Both the position numbers and the translations under genes were made by a program. 64,000 nt of DNA, taken from assembly GCA_963841435.1 (NCBI GenBank), contig CAWJCS010000002.1, forward strand, positions 544,001 through 608,000, written 5' to 3'. Below the pieces are notes generated by a model, which had not been told where the DNA came from, searched no databases, and saw nothing but the letters and a program-made list of their open reading frames with translations. The stretch comes from an uncultured delta proteobacterium (lineage in GTDB: Bacteria > Myxococcota_A > Polyangia > Polyangiales > Polyangiaceae). Shown here one piece after another: positions 52,339 through 63,137 of the stretch (position 1 is its first letter; the number at the start of each line of letters is the position of its first letter).

Positions 52339-54383
52339 TTGTCCTCCATGCCCGGTCGACCCTGGACCTCGGCGGCGTGCTTCTTTGCGTCGTGCTCCTG
52401 GAGCGTCGGCGCTTGCTCCAACAGGTCGAGCAGTCGGTCGTCCTGGTTCTGATTCGAGCTCTGTGGCTCCTGCTTGTGCTGCTGATCCGGGGGCGGCTCG
52501 CTGCCTCCGTCGCCCCGGTCCTTGCCGGCGTCGGGCTTTTCCGGCTGACCCCCGTCGCTGCCGGCGTCGGGCTGGTCGTTGCCGCCGTCCTTTTCCTGGT
52601 CACCGCCGTCCGGTCCGGCATCGGGCGGACCCCCGTCGTCACCGGCGTCGGGGGGGCCCGAGTCGGGGCCGGCGTCCGGGGGGCCGGCGTCGTTTTCCTG
52701 ATCCTCGATGCGGCGCAGCGCCACGGCGCGATTGTACGCCGCATCGCGTCCGATGCCGTCCCCCGCGTCCTCGGGCAAGCCGGGCGTGAGCTTGAGCGAT
52801 AGATCGTAGCTTGCGACGGCCGAGCGGTAGTCGCGCCTCAGAAATTCGAGGTTACCCGCGAGGTAGAGCGCGCGGGCCCTGAGCTCGATGGGCAGCGAAG
52901 CGTCGCCGGCCGCGAGCCGCACGATGCGCAGCGCGCAATCGACCTCGGCACTGCGCTTTCCGAGGTCGGCCTCGTCGTTGGGCGCGAGGCCGCCGTCCAC
53001 CTTCGGGGGATCCTCTCCGAATCGCTTGCCGAAGCGCTCGGCGATCGTGAACAGCCCGAGGCCGAGGTCGAACGCCGCGTTCGGGTGCTCGCGCAACGAA
53101 TCGGGCGCGCCGATCGAGCCGTTTTCGCATTTGCCGGTGGAGAGGTACTCCTCGAGCAGCGAAACGGCGGCGCCCGCGTCCCCGCCGTCGAGCGCGTCGA
53201 TGGCCTCGCGCACCTTGGGCGAGTCGCGCATGAAAAGCTCGTTGGCCCGCTCGCAGCCGCCGAGGGCCGCCGGCAACGTGAGCGCCGCGAGAAGGCTCGT
53301 CGCGATCGTGCGTGCGACCCGCGGCTTCTTCCGCTTCGGAGGCGGAGCGGGCGGCACCGAACGGAGCTTGCGGCGGGGCCCTTCGGGCACGAGCGTCTCG
53401 ATCACGGCGAGGAAAAGCGCGAGCGCCAGGGGGTACGCGTAGACGTCGGCGTAGACCGTCTCCACGCGCTCCGAAAGCTCCTCGCTCATCATCTGCCGCA
53501 GGCGCGCAGCGATGCTCTCGATGCCCGTCTCGCCTTTTTCGCTCCGCGCGATGAGCCCGTTGGTCGTTTCGGCGATCTTGGCGAGCTCGGCCTCGCCCTC
53601 GGCCGACAGCGACGTCGTGACGGGCTTGCCTTCGGAGTCGGTACGCCAGCCCGTCACCTGACCGACCTCGTTCACTTCGGGCAGCGGCTCCGGCGTGCGA
53701 CCGCCGACCTGCACCACGTGGATCGTGATGTCGTCGTGCGAAGCCGCCTGCGCCACTTGTACCGGATCGCCTTCGAGATCCTCGCCGTCCGTGACGAGCA
53801 AGATCACTTTCCGATGATCCTTCGACAGCGGGTCGCGTGAGATGAGGTCGCGCCCGGCCTCCAACGCGCGCGCAATGGCCGTGCCGCCCACGGGCATGTC
53901 GTTCGGCGTGAGCTGCCGGAAAAACTGCGAGATGGCTGCCCCATCGCTCGTGAGAGGAAACGCCATCGCCTCGCCCGCGAAGGCCACGGCGCCGAAGCGC
54001 GCGCCCGGGAGATCGGCGATCAAACGCGCCACTTCCGCCTTGGCCCGCTCGATGCGCGACGGCCCGATGTCGCGCGCGTACATGCTCTTCGAGTAGTCGA
54101 GCACCACGACCACGTCGAGATTGGTGGCTGGGATCAAGCGCGTACCGCGCCCGTACTGCGGTTGGGCCAGCGACACGAAGAAGAGCCCGAGCGCGAGCAC
54201 GAGCAGCACGCCCTTGAGAGCGCGTCGGCCGCCCGCGCGCGCCGTGGCGAGCTCGAGCACGACGGGCTCGTCGCCGAAGCGCTTGAGCGCCCGTCGCCCG
54301 AGCACGCCGCCGACGGCGAGCAGCGCGCCGAGCGCGAGCGCGAAGAGCGCGCCGAAGAGCCACATCGACTCCGCGAACCTCAC
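52335..54383 (-). CDS. BatB-like VWA domain fused to a TPR (BatC-like) region
   Basis: MIDAS DYSKSM, FAGEA, PLTSD and VTDGED; TPR and acidic Pro/Gly tail. Confidence 0.85.
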   Translation of the reverse strand: MRFAESMWLFGALFALALGALLAVGGVLGRRALKRFGDEPVVLELATARAGGRRALKGVLLVLALGLFFVSLAQPQYGRGTRLIPATNLDVVVVLDYSKSMYARDIGPSRIERAKAEVARLIADLPGARFGAVAFAGEAMAFPLTSDGAAISQFFRQLTPNDMPVGGTAIARALEAGRDLISRDPLSKDHRKVILLVTDGEDLEGDPVQVAQAASHDDITIHVVQVGGRTPEPLPEVNEVGQVTGWRTDSEGKPVTTSLSAEGEAELAKIAETTNGLIARSEKGETGIESIAARLRQMMSEELSERVETVYADVYAYPLALALFLAVIETLVPEGPRRKLRSVPPAPPPKRKKPRVARTIATSLLAALTLPAALGGCERANELFMRDSPKVREAIDALDGGDAGAAVSLLEEYLSTGKCENGSIGAPDSLREHPNAAFDLGLGLFTIAERFGKRFGEDPPKVDGGLAPNDEADLGKRSAEVDCALRIVRLAAGDASLPIELRARALYLAGNLEFLRRDYRSAVASYDLSLKLTPGLPEDAGDGIGRDAAYNRAVALRRIEDQENDAGPPDAGPDSGPPDAGDDGGPPDAGPDGGDQEKDGGNDQPDAGSDGGQPEKPDAGKDRGDGGSEPPPDQQHKQEPQSSNQNQDDRLLDLLEQAPTLQEHDAKKHAAEVQGRPGMEDK

Positions 54384-55600
54384 GGAAACCTCCTGAGCAC
54401 GAGGGCTCGCAAGAGGCCGTCGAGCGCCATCAGGAGCACGCCCGGCAGGAGCAGGAAGCGGTACAGCTCCTCGAAATGGGCGGAGCTCGCCGACAGCTTG
54501 GTCTTCTCGAGGCGATTGAGCACGTCATGGAAGCTCGCCTGGAGCGACTTCGCGTCGCTGGCGACGTACATGTGCCCGTTCGTCTTTTCTGCGAGCGCCT
54601 TGAGCAGCTTCGGGTTGACGGGGTAGGGCACGCGCACGTAGCGGGGCTGCCCGAACAGATCGAGCCCGTCCTGCACCTCGGCGCTTTCACCCGTGCCGAT
54701 CTGAATGGTGTAGATGTGCGCGCCCACGACGTTCGCGAGCTTGGCCGCGTACTCGGGCGCGACGCGCCCGCCCTTGTTGTCGCCGTCGGTGAGCAGGATG
54801 ATCGCCTTGCTCTTGGCCGTGGAGCGCCTGAGGCGAGCGCTCGCGACGCCGAGCGCGTCGCCAATCGCCGTCGCATTGGGATCGATCAGGTTGATCTCCA
54901 TGCGCGAGACGAGCACGTCGAGCAGGTGGTAATCGAGGGTGGGCGGCGACACGACGTAGGCGCTCGAGCCGAACACGACGACCCCGATGCGGTCCGTCTT
55001 GCGCCGTCCGATGAAATCGCGCACCACGGCTTTCGCCACGTCGAGGCGCGTCGGCCGCACGCCGGGCCGTCCGCGCGGTAGATAGCTCGCGAGATCCTCG
55101 GGAACGTTGTCGAGCACGGCCCGCATCGACCCGGACATGTCGAGCGCGACGACGATGTCGATGCCTTCCTCGTCGGTGGTCACGGGCCTGAGCGTGTTGA
55201 GCGGCCGCGCGAGCGCGCCGATGCAAAGCACGAGACCGATCGCGCGCGCAATGCCGGGCAAGTCGCGCAGGTGGACGCGCGCTCCGGCAGGTCCGACAGC
55301 GAGCGCCGCGATCGTCCCCAGGCGCAGGCGCGGCGTGCGCCGATCGTCGCCGAGCACCGTGCGGTAGAGCACGATGGGCACCACGAAAAGCAGCGCGAAA
55401 GCCCACGGTTCCGCCCAGCGCGCCGCGGCGAGCTCGCTGCCCCGCGCGAGCGCAGGGTACGAAAGGCCGAGCGCGGCGAGCACGAGGAACGCGAGCACGC
55501 CGACGGCTGCGCGCACGAGCCTGCGCGCCCCGCGCGCCGACGGGCGCTTCTGCTCGAGCTCGGGGACCACGCTCGGACGGATCGAAGGGGCCGCGCTCAC
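54380..55600 (-). CDS. BatA-like VWA domain protein
   Basis: EGIDIVVALDMSGSM, DRIGVVVF, TAIGDALG and ILLTDGDN. Confidence 0.88.
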   Translation of the reverse strand: MSAAPSIRPSVVPELEQKRPSARGARRLVRAAVGVLAFLVLAALGLSYPALARGSELAAARWAEPWAFALLFVVPIVLYRTVLGDDRRTPRLRLGTIAALAVGPAGARVHLRDLPGIARAIGLVLCIGALARPLNTLRPVTTDEEGIDIVVALDMSGSMRAVLDNVPEDLASYLPRGRPGVRPTRLDVAKAVVRDFIGRRKTDRIGVVVFGSSAYVVSPPTLDYHLLDVLVSRMEINLIDPNATAIGDALGVASARLRRSTAKSKAIILLTDGDNKGGRVAPEYAAKLANVVGAHIYTIQIGTGESAEVQDGLDLFGQPRYVRVPYPVNPKLLKALAEKTNGHMYVASDAKSLQASFHDVLNRLEKTKLSASSAHFEELYRFLLLPGVLLMALDGLLRALVLRRFP

Positions 55601-56991
55601 GAGGTGCCTCCCTCGGGCGGCTTGGGCCCCCACTCCGCGGCTTCCTGCTGCGCTTGCTCGTCGGCGGGGCCGTCGGTGGCGCTCGGCGCCTGCTCTGCGG
55701 CAGCGTTCTGGTCGGGCCCCGGGGTGCCCGTGGGCCCAGCCTCGGGGGCTCGCGCTTCGCCGGGCAAGAGCGGCAGCGTCTGACGCACGATGTGCTCGGC
55801 GCGCACCAGGGCGAGCTCGCCGTCCTCGGCGCTCGGCACGGTCTTCGCGAATTTCACGAGATCCGCCTGACGCAGGAACGCTTCGATGGCGTCGAGCGGG
55901 TCGATGCGAGGCGTCGCCCTTCGGAGCAGGGAGAGCGCCTCGCGGGTCGTGCTCTCGAGCCCGTCGAACCCGAAGCGGGCTCCCAAGTACTTTCTCACGA
56001 TGTCCGAGACGCGGTCGAAGTGCTCCGCGAGGCGCCCCTCGGCGACGAGGCCGGCGTGACGCACGTCGAACAGCTCCTCGAGCGCCACCTCCCAGGGTGG
56101 TCGTGGCGGCGGCGCGGGCGGCGCCGGACGCGGACGGCGCAGCCAGCGACCGAGCAACCAGGCCGCCAGCAGGCCCACGGGGAGCGCGATCGCTGCGCCG
56201 AGCACCGCCTGCTTGAGCAGCGTCCACTCCTCGCGCTGCGGGCGCGCGGGCGGATTCGGCTTCGGCATCGGGTTCGAGACGTTCGCGATCGGGTCTTCGA
56301 TCGTGACCTCGTGCGGCGAGGTGCAGAGCACGAGCACGTCGCCGCTCGCGCGTGCCACGCTGAGCGGAAGGGCGGGGATCGTGATGCGGTTTCGCCCCGG
56401 CTTCTGCGGCAGCGCCACGAGCGAAAGCTCGATCGTCGTCGTCGCGCGATCGCCGTGCTCGGTGCGCTCGACCACGGGACCGGCGCCGCCATCGGGATCG
56501 GGCACGTAGAGCCCAAGGTGCTCGAGGGCGCGCCATTCGGTGCTGTCGCTCTGCGGCTGGAAGCCGCCGGGCAGCACCGTCTCGCCCTTGCCGTGCTCGA
56601 GCACGAAGCTGAGCGTGAGGGCGTGCCCGCTCTCGGCGCGCGACGGCACCTTCTCCGTGAGCTTCGGGCGATCCTTTCCAGCGGGCACTCGCTCGCGGCA
56701 CGTGTCGGAAGCAACGCTTGGCGCCTGCGGCGCCGCGCTTTGCGTCGCGGGCGCCGCGCTCGGAGTGGGTGGTGCCGGTGCGGAGCTTGCCGGCGGCGTT
56801 GCGCTTGCGGACGGAGCGAGTGAAGCGGCGCCGCTCGTGACGGGAGCCGGGGGCGCTCCGCTCGGCACCGGGGTCCAGCCCGGCGGCACCGCGACGGCCC
56901 CGCCGCCGGCCGTGCCGCTCGCCGCCGCCGCCGCCGCGCCGATGGCGCTCGAAAGCACGAGGCCGAGCCCGGCGAGCGCCCGTGGCTTCAC
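55597..56991 (-). CDS. Bat-operon membrane protein (DUF4381-like)
   Basis: Signal peptide, TM, PPWEVALEEL, IVRKYL..RFG...LESTTRE and ADLVKFAK. Confidence 0.7.
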   Translation of the reverse strand: MKPRALAGLGLVLSSAIGAAAAAASGTAGGGAVAVPPGWTPVPSGAPPAPVTSGAASLAPSASATPPASSAPAPPTPSAAPATQSAAPQAPSVASDTCRERVPAGKDRPKLTEKVPSRAESGHALTLSFVLEHGKGETVLPGGFQPQSDSTEWRALEHLGLYVPDPDGGAGPVVERTEHGDRATTTIELSLVALPQKPGRNRITIPALPLSVARASGDVLVLCTSPHEVTIEDPIANVSNPMPKPNPPARPQREEWTLLKQAVLGAAIALPVGLLAAWLLGRWLRRPRPAPPAPPPRPPWEVALEELFDVRHAGLVAEGRLAEHFDRVSDIVRKYLGARFGFDGLESTTREALSLLRRATPRIDPLDAIEAFLRQADLVKFAKTVPSAEDGELALVRAEHIVRQTLPLLPGEARAPEAGPTGTPGPDQNAAAEQAPSATDGPADEQAQQEAAEWGPKPPEGGTS

Positions 56992-57869
56992 CGGTGCGCC
57001 CTCCGCGCTCGCCGCGCGAAGAGCTCGCGCAGCGGGCCGACGTACGGCCGATCCGTCCGCACCACGCAATGATCGAGCCCGAGCTTCGTGAAGAGCCGGA
57101 TCGGTGTTTCACGTAGCGCGCGCATGCGCTTCTTGTAGTGGGCGCGCACGAGCTTGCTCGAGGTGTCGATGACGACGCTTTCGCCCGTCTCGAAATCCTC
57201 GAAGCTCGAGAGCCCGACGTCGGGCAGCTCCTCGTCGCGCGGGTCGACGAGCAGGATGGGGATCACGTCGTGGCGGGCCGCGGCGAGCGAGAGCGCGCGC
57301 TCGTAGCCGCTCGTGTAGAAGTCGCTCATCACGAACGCCACGCTGCGCCGCCGTGCCACGCGGTAGAGCGTCTCGAGCGTGACCTTGAGATCGGTGCCGG
57401 GGCGCTCGGGCTTGGCGCCGAGGATCTCGCGCACGACGCGCATCACGTGCTTCTGGCCCTTCATGGGCGGCACGATCTTCTCGATCTGGTCGGTGGCGAG
57501 GATCAGCCCCACGCGGTCGTTGTGGCTGATGGCGCTGAACGCGCAGAGCGCGGCGACCTCGGCCGCGAGGCGCGCCTTGCTGCCGCCCTGGGTGCCGAAG
57601 TTCTGACTCGCCGACAAGTCCACGACGAGCATCACCGTCATCTCCCGCTCTTCGACGAACACCTTCACGTACGTGGCGTTCATGCGCGCGCTCACGTTCC
57701 AGTCGATCGTGCGCACGTCGTCGCCCGGCTGGTATTCGCGCACCTCGCGAAACGCGAGACCCCGACCCTTGAACACGGACGTGTAGTTACCGGCAAGCTG
57801 CTCCGTCGCGAGCCGGTTGGTCGTGATCTCGATCTTGCGCAGGGCCTTGAGAAGCTCCTTGGGGATCAC
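56988..57869 (-). CDS. DUF58 family protein
   Basis: SVFKGRGLAFREVREYQPGDDVRTIDWNVSAR and EEREMTV. Confidence 0.93.
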   Translation of the reverse strand: MIPKELLKALRKIEITTNRLATEQLAGNYTSVFKGRGLAFREVREYQPGDDVRTIDWNVSARMNATYVKVFVEEREMTVMLVVDLSASQNFGTQGGSKARLAAEVAALCAFSAISHNDRVGLILATDQIEKIVPPMKGQKHVMRVVREILGAKPERPGTDLKVTLETLYRVARRRSVAFVMSDFYTSGYERALSLAAARHDVIPILLVDPRDEELPDVGLSSFEDFETGESVVIDTSSKLVRAHYKKRMRALRETPIRLFTKLGLDHCVVRTDRPYVGPLRELFARRARRAHR

Positions 57870-57872
57870 GAG

Positions 57873-58859
<987 letters not shown>

Positions 58860-59223
58860 CGTCTTCTTTCCTCGCCCGGCGCGTATAACGCGGTGGCCGG
58901 CCGCAAGACAATCCTCCAAAGCCGCCTATTCCCGGGGGTTTGCGGGATTTTTGCCCCTCGGCACCGGCGCGGGCGATATAATCGAAAGAGCCGGGGCGCG
59001 CAGCGGGACGCAGGGTCAGCACGCGGGAGGCTTTGGTGGTGGGTCGGCAAGCGTCAGTGCCCGGCGGCTTCCGCCGTGGGTGGAGGCTCGCCCGTCGGGC
59101 GCGGGGCAGGCTTGGGCACAAACCGCGCTTCCAACTGCCCTGCCCGCGGTGTGCCCGGCGGATTGGCGGAAATAGGCTAGAACGCGGGGTGCCCGTGACC
59201 GTCGGGTGTCCGAACGAGCACCG

Positions 59224-59922
59224 ATGAGCGCCCGCCGCCCACGCCGCTTTCTGGTGCGGCTCTCCGTGATCGCCGGCGGGCTCCTGCTCCTGCTCGTCGC
59301 CGTGCCCGCGTACTACTACGTGAAGCTCGTGGTCCTCGCGAAGAAGTACGACGTGGTTTCGATCAAAACCGCGCCTGTGTACCAGTCGACCGCGCTCGTC
59401 GAGCGCGCCTGGCAGCTTCCGGTGGCGCGCACCTACCGCGCCGGGCTCGTCTATCAGAAGAACGACTCGTTCTGCGGTCCTACGACGCTCGCGAACGCCG
59501 TGCTCTCCTTCGGCGGCACGGCGACGCAGCAGCAGATGGTCGAGGGGACGGGCAAATGCTGGAGCGGCCTGTGCCTCGGCGGGCTGTCGCTCGACAACGT
59601 CGCCGCGCTCGCACGCGAGAAGACCGGGCGCAAGGTTAGCGTGATCCGCGGCCTCGACTACGCTGCGTTTCGCGAGCTGTTGCCGCGTTTCAATGACCCG
59701 TCGCGGCGCTACCTCGCGAATTTCCACCGCGGTCCGCTGTTCGGGAAGGGCGGCGGACACCACTCGCCGATCGGCGGCTACCTCGAGCCCGAAGGGCTCG
59801 TCTTCGTGCTCGACGTGAACGAAGCCTACGAGCCGTGGCTCGTCAACCCGAAGCGCCTGTTCGAGGCCATCGACACCGAGGCTGCCCCCGGCAAGAAGCG
59901 CGGCCTTTTGCTGCTCCAGTGA
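59224..59922 (+). CDS. Phytochelatin synthase family (papain-like) protein, membrane anchored
   Basis: Q...FCGPTT, GGHHSPIGGY and VLDV give a Cys-His-Asp triad; N-terminal TM. Confidence 0.85.
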   Translation: MSARRPRRFLVRLSVIAGGLLLLLVAVPAYYYVKLVVLAKKYDVVSIKTAPVYQSTALVERAWQLPVARTYRAGLVYQKNDSFCGPTTLANAVLSFGGTATQQQMVEGTGKCWSGLCLGGLSLDNVAALAREKTGRKVSVIRGLDYAAFRELLPRFNDPSRRYLANFHRGPLFGKGGGHHSPIGGYLEPEGLVFVLDVNEAYEPWLVNPKRLFEAIDTEAAPGKKRGLLLLQ

Positions 59923-59929
59923 CGCTTTT

Positions 59930-61009
59930 TCACATGAAGCCGAGGTCGTCGATCGCGATGTCGAAGGCGCCCGCTTCGGGGATGTAGGTCCCGCCATCGT
60001 CGGCGGGATTCGGCACGTAGCTCATCTGCGCGCCGAAGCTGAGCCCCGTGATCTTGTCGCCCGTCGCCGGTACGGCGACGCCCGAGGCGCCCACGCCCGC
60101 CGTGAACATGCCCCAGGGCAGCGTGATCTGCGTCCAGTCGGCCGTGACGGCCACGCTCGCCGAAGGGCCGGCGCACGAGCCGGAGGTGGGCGCAGGATCA
60201 CAGGTGCCACCTTTGCGCGGATCGGTCGCGTCGGGGGGCGTGGTGTCTTCGGTCGCGAGCGCCACGCTGATCATGGCGGTCGGCGTCGTCCCGCGCACCC
60301 AGAACGTGAGCCCAGCGTACGAGGAGGCGTTGATGCAGCCCATCCAGAACCCGATGCCGCCGCCCCAATCCGCCGTGGCCGTGTTCACGGCGTGCACCGC
60401 CCAGTTGCTGGCGTTGGCACCGGCGGCAAAGTTCAACGTGTAGGTCGGCGCGCGCGTATCGGAGCCGGGAGGGGTGCTTTCCGAGAGTGGGTAGAGCCCC
60501 GCGTAGGCCGTGTCGATCGTGAAGGTCCACGAGCCGTCGTCGAAGGCGGGCAGCACGCCGTCGTAGCTTTCGAAGTCGGTGAGCAGGGGCGTCGCCACGG
60601 TCACCTTGTTGAAGCAATCCTTGACGGGGTCCCCGGCGCCCGCGGTCCCCGCCGAGCCCGCGTCCGAGCCGCCGATGCCGGCCCCGGCGCCGCCCGCGCT
60701 CGCTCCCGCAGCGGGCGTTCCGGCCGTGCCCGCGGCGCCGCCGATTCCCGTGGCGCCGCCGACGCCCGTGGCGCCGCCGACTCCCGTGGCGCCTCCGACT
60801 CCCGCGGCGCCGCCGACTCCCGTGGCGCCGCCGACGCCCGTGGCGCCGCCGACTCCCGTGGCGCCGCCGACTCCCGTGGCGCCGCCGGTCATGGGCGGCG
60901 GCACCGTGTCGTCGTCGCCCGTGACCGCGGGGGTACAGGCAAGCGCCGTCCAGACGGGCGAGCCGAAGGCAAGAAGGGCGATAAAAAGGCGTGAAGAAGA
61001 TAGGGTCAT
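59930..61009 (-). CDS. Lipoprotein with GGATGV repeats and a CBM11/CIA30-like carbohydrate-binding domain
   Basis: Lipobox ALAC; LLTDFE, DWGGGIG, NASSYAGLTFWVRG, DWTQITLPW and IAIDDLGF. Confidence 0.7.
   Translation of the reverse strand: MTLSSSRLFIALLAFGSPVWTALACTPAVTGDDDTVPPPMTGGATGVGGATGVGGATGVGGATGVGGAAGVGGATGVGGATGVGGATGIGGAAGTAGTPAAGASAGGAGAGIGGSDAGSAGTAGAGDPVKDCFNKVTVATPLLTDFESYDGVLPAFDDGSWTFTIDTAYAGLYPLSESTPPGSDTRAPTYTLNFAAGANASNWAVHAVNTATADWGGGIGFWMGCINASSYAGLTFWVRGTTPTAMISVALATEDTTPPDATDPRKGGTCDPAPTSGSCAGPSASVAVTADWTQITLPWGMFTAGVGASGVAVPATGDKITGLSFGAQMSYVPNPADDGGTYIPEAGAFDIAIDDLGFM
60729..60887. repeat. 18-bp coding tandem repeat, about 9 copies (CCCGTGGCGCCGCCGACT)
   Basis: Units read directly from the sequence; encodes (GGATGV)n on the minus strand. 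Confidence 0.9.
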
Positions 61010-61023
61010 CGAATCGGCTCCGG

Positions 61024-62730
61024 TCACTGAACGCGACAATAAAATCCGTTCGTCGTAAGGCTTCCGCTCCCCGAGTAGACCTCGGTGCCCGCCTGCACGG
61101 ACGCGAGGTACTTGCTGTTCTGCATCCACCCCCTCGAAACGAGATCGCTCATGAAGCTCATCATGTCGTGCACGGCGGTCGTCGCGTTCTGGGTGCGCAC
61201 GTAGGAAAACACGTTGGTGCCGCCGTTGTTGCCTCGGTAAAGGTCGAACGACGAGCCCCCGATCGTCACGGTCGTTTGCAGCGTGCCGATCGGCCCCGCA
61301 CCGCCCGCACGGTAGAGCCAGACCATCACCTCGTCGCTCGGGGTCGAGCTCGAGTCCGGGTTCAACGTCGTATGGACCCACATGTCGTACGACACGTTGA
61401 TCGTCCCGCTCGCGGTGACCGAGTAGCTCCAACCGCAGTTGACGTGCTTGCCCGACGAAAGCTGCACGGGCAGGCCCGTGTTGGTGACGCGCCAGCCCCA
61501 CTGCCAGCCGAAGACCAGGCTCACGTAGGTTTTGACCCCGCCCGAGCCGCCGGTCCACTGCCAGTCCGTGCCCCAGCCCACGAGATCACCGGTCTGGCAG
61601 GTGCCGAAGATGCACTGCTGGCCGCTCGCTCCGCTGATGCCCCACTGGTTGTTGTTCACCCAGTATTTCCCGAGCATCACGTAGGCGTCCTTCGTGCAGC
61701 TCCGGTTCATCTCCGAGCCGCCGCCGCAGCTCACGCTGTTCGGATCGATGCAACCGCCGAACAGGCAGCTCGTGCCGCCGCCGCACGGCGTGCCGCATTT
61801 GCCGCAGTTGCTCGCGTCGGAGGTGAGGTCCTTGCAGGTGCCGGAGCAGTCGGTGCCGCTGTTCGGGCAGACGCACGCACCGTCGGTGCACATGGCGCCC
61901 GTCGCGCACTTCTTGCCGCAAGCGCCGCAGTTCGACGTGTCGCTCAGCACGTCCTGGCAAGCACCGCCGTTGCACGATGCCTGCCCCGTGCGGCAGCGAC
62001 AGGCGCTCATCGAGCACATCTGGTCGGACGGACAGGCGTTGCCGCAGGCGCCGCAATTGTTCTGATGTCCCGTGGTATCGACGCACGCGCCGTCGCAGCG
62101 CGTGAGCCCGGCGGCACAGCCGGCCCCGCATTTCCCCTGCGAGCAGACCTGGCTCGACGGGCATGCCGTGCCGCAGGCGCCGCAGTTCATGGGGTCCGAC
62201 GAGGTGTCGAAGCACACTCCGTTGCATTCCATCTGTCCGGCGGAGCACGCACACTGGCTGTCGGTGCAGCTCTGATCGGCGCGGCATGCCGTGCCGCAGA
62301 CGCCGCAGTTGGTGACGTCGATCGCGAGGTTCTTGCAGCCGCCCGGGCATTCGCTCGTGCCCGCGGGGCACGTCCCGCTGCCCGCGCTGCCGCCGCTGCC
62401 CGACACGGCACCCGCGCCGCCCGAGCCCGCGACCGGTGGTGTGCCTCCCGTCGTGCCGCCGACGCCACCCGTCGTGCCACTGACGCCGCCCGTACCGACG
62501 CCGCCCGTCGTGCCGCTGACGCCGCCCGTGCCCGAGCCCGATGCCACGCCGCCGGTGGAAACACTTCCAGCACCGCCGCCCACGCCGAGGGCGCCGCCCG
62601 TCGATGGGGTGCTGACGTCCCCCGCGCGCTCGGGAGGCTGTGCGGAGCACGCGGCACCGACGACCGCCACGCAAAGTGCCGCCAGCATCATGCGGAGGAG
62701 CTCTCGAGGGGCGAGGCGCGGGCTGAGCAT
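61024..62730 (-). CDS. GH12 endoglucanase/xyloglucanase lipoprotein with a Cys-rich repeat stalk
   Basis: Lipobox GAAC and five D..NCG.CG..C repeats; GH12 motifs VNNNQWG, SYDMW, DEVMVWL and VQAGTEV. Confidence 0.88.
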   Translation of the reverse strand: MLSPRLAPRELLRMMLAALCVAVVGAACSAQPPERAGDVSTPSTGGALGVGGGAGSVSTGGVASGSGTGGVSGTTGGVGTGGVSGTTGGVGGTTGGTPPVAGSGGAGAVSGSGGSAGSGTCPAGTSECPGGCKNLAIDVTNCGVCGTACRADQSCTDSQCACSAGQMECNGVCFDTSSDPMNCGACGTACPSSQVCSQGKCGAGCAAGLTRCDGACVDTTGHQNNCGACGNACPSDQMCSMSACRCRTGQASCNGGACQDVLSDTSNCGACGKKCATGAMCTDGACVCPNSGTDCSGTCKDLTSDASNCGKCGTPCGGGTSCLFGGCIDPNSVSCGGGSEMNRSCTKDAYVMLGKYWVNNNQWGISGASGQQCIFGTCQTGDLVGWGTDWQWTGGSGGVKTYVSLVFGWQWGWRVTNTGLPVQLSSGKHVNCGWSYSVTASGTINVSYDMWVHTTLNPDSSSTPSDEVMVWLYRAGGAGPIGTLQTTVTIGGSSFDLYRGNNGGTNVFSYVRTQNATTAVHDMMSFMSDLVSRGWMQNSKYLASVQAGTEVYSGSGSLTTNGFYCRVQ

Positions 62731-62840
62731 TTTTGCGAAGTCTAGCCGAACTCGCCCTACGAGGCCGCCACAAGAAGTTCTTTTATTTACGAATGCTTAG
62801 GTTCATTTCCCGCGACGGTAGCATTTCATTGCTGCTGTTT

Positions 62841-63119
62841 CTAGCCCGGCTCCAGGAGTGACAGGAAGAACGTCGGCCCGAGGATCCACGCTTCGGCCCA
62901 GGCGACGGCGAGGATGGCCGCGAGCAGCGTGCGACGCGTTCGCACGAGGTGCAGGCTCACGGCGAGCGGGCCGATCAGCGCGACCGCGACCCACACCGAC
63001 GTGTCGGGCCAGGCTCGCTCGCGGGCGCGCGGCGGCAGGTGCCGGATGTCGCGCCGGAGCACGAGCGCCGGGACGACGAGCGCCACGACGAGCTGCAGAG
63101 AGAAGAGGAGCACGTCCAC
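62841..63119 (-). CDS. Small membrane protein
   Basis: 92 aa with three hydrophobic segments. Confidence 0.5.
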   Translation of the reverse strand: MDVLLFSLQLVVALVVPALVLRRDIRHLPPRARERAWPDTSVWVAVALIGPLAVSLHLVRTRRTLLAAILAVAWAEAWILGPTFFLSLLEPG

Positions 63120-63137
63120 GGCATGCTCCGGGGCCCG

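Noticed and set aside
60729-60887. Tandem repeats as a CRISPR array
   Set aside because: The 18-bp units are contiguous with no unique spacers, keep frame, and encode a GGATGV linker. No cas genes are present.
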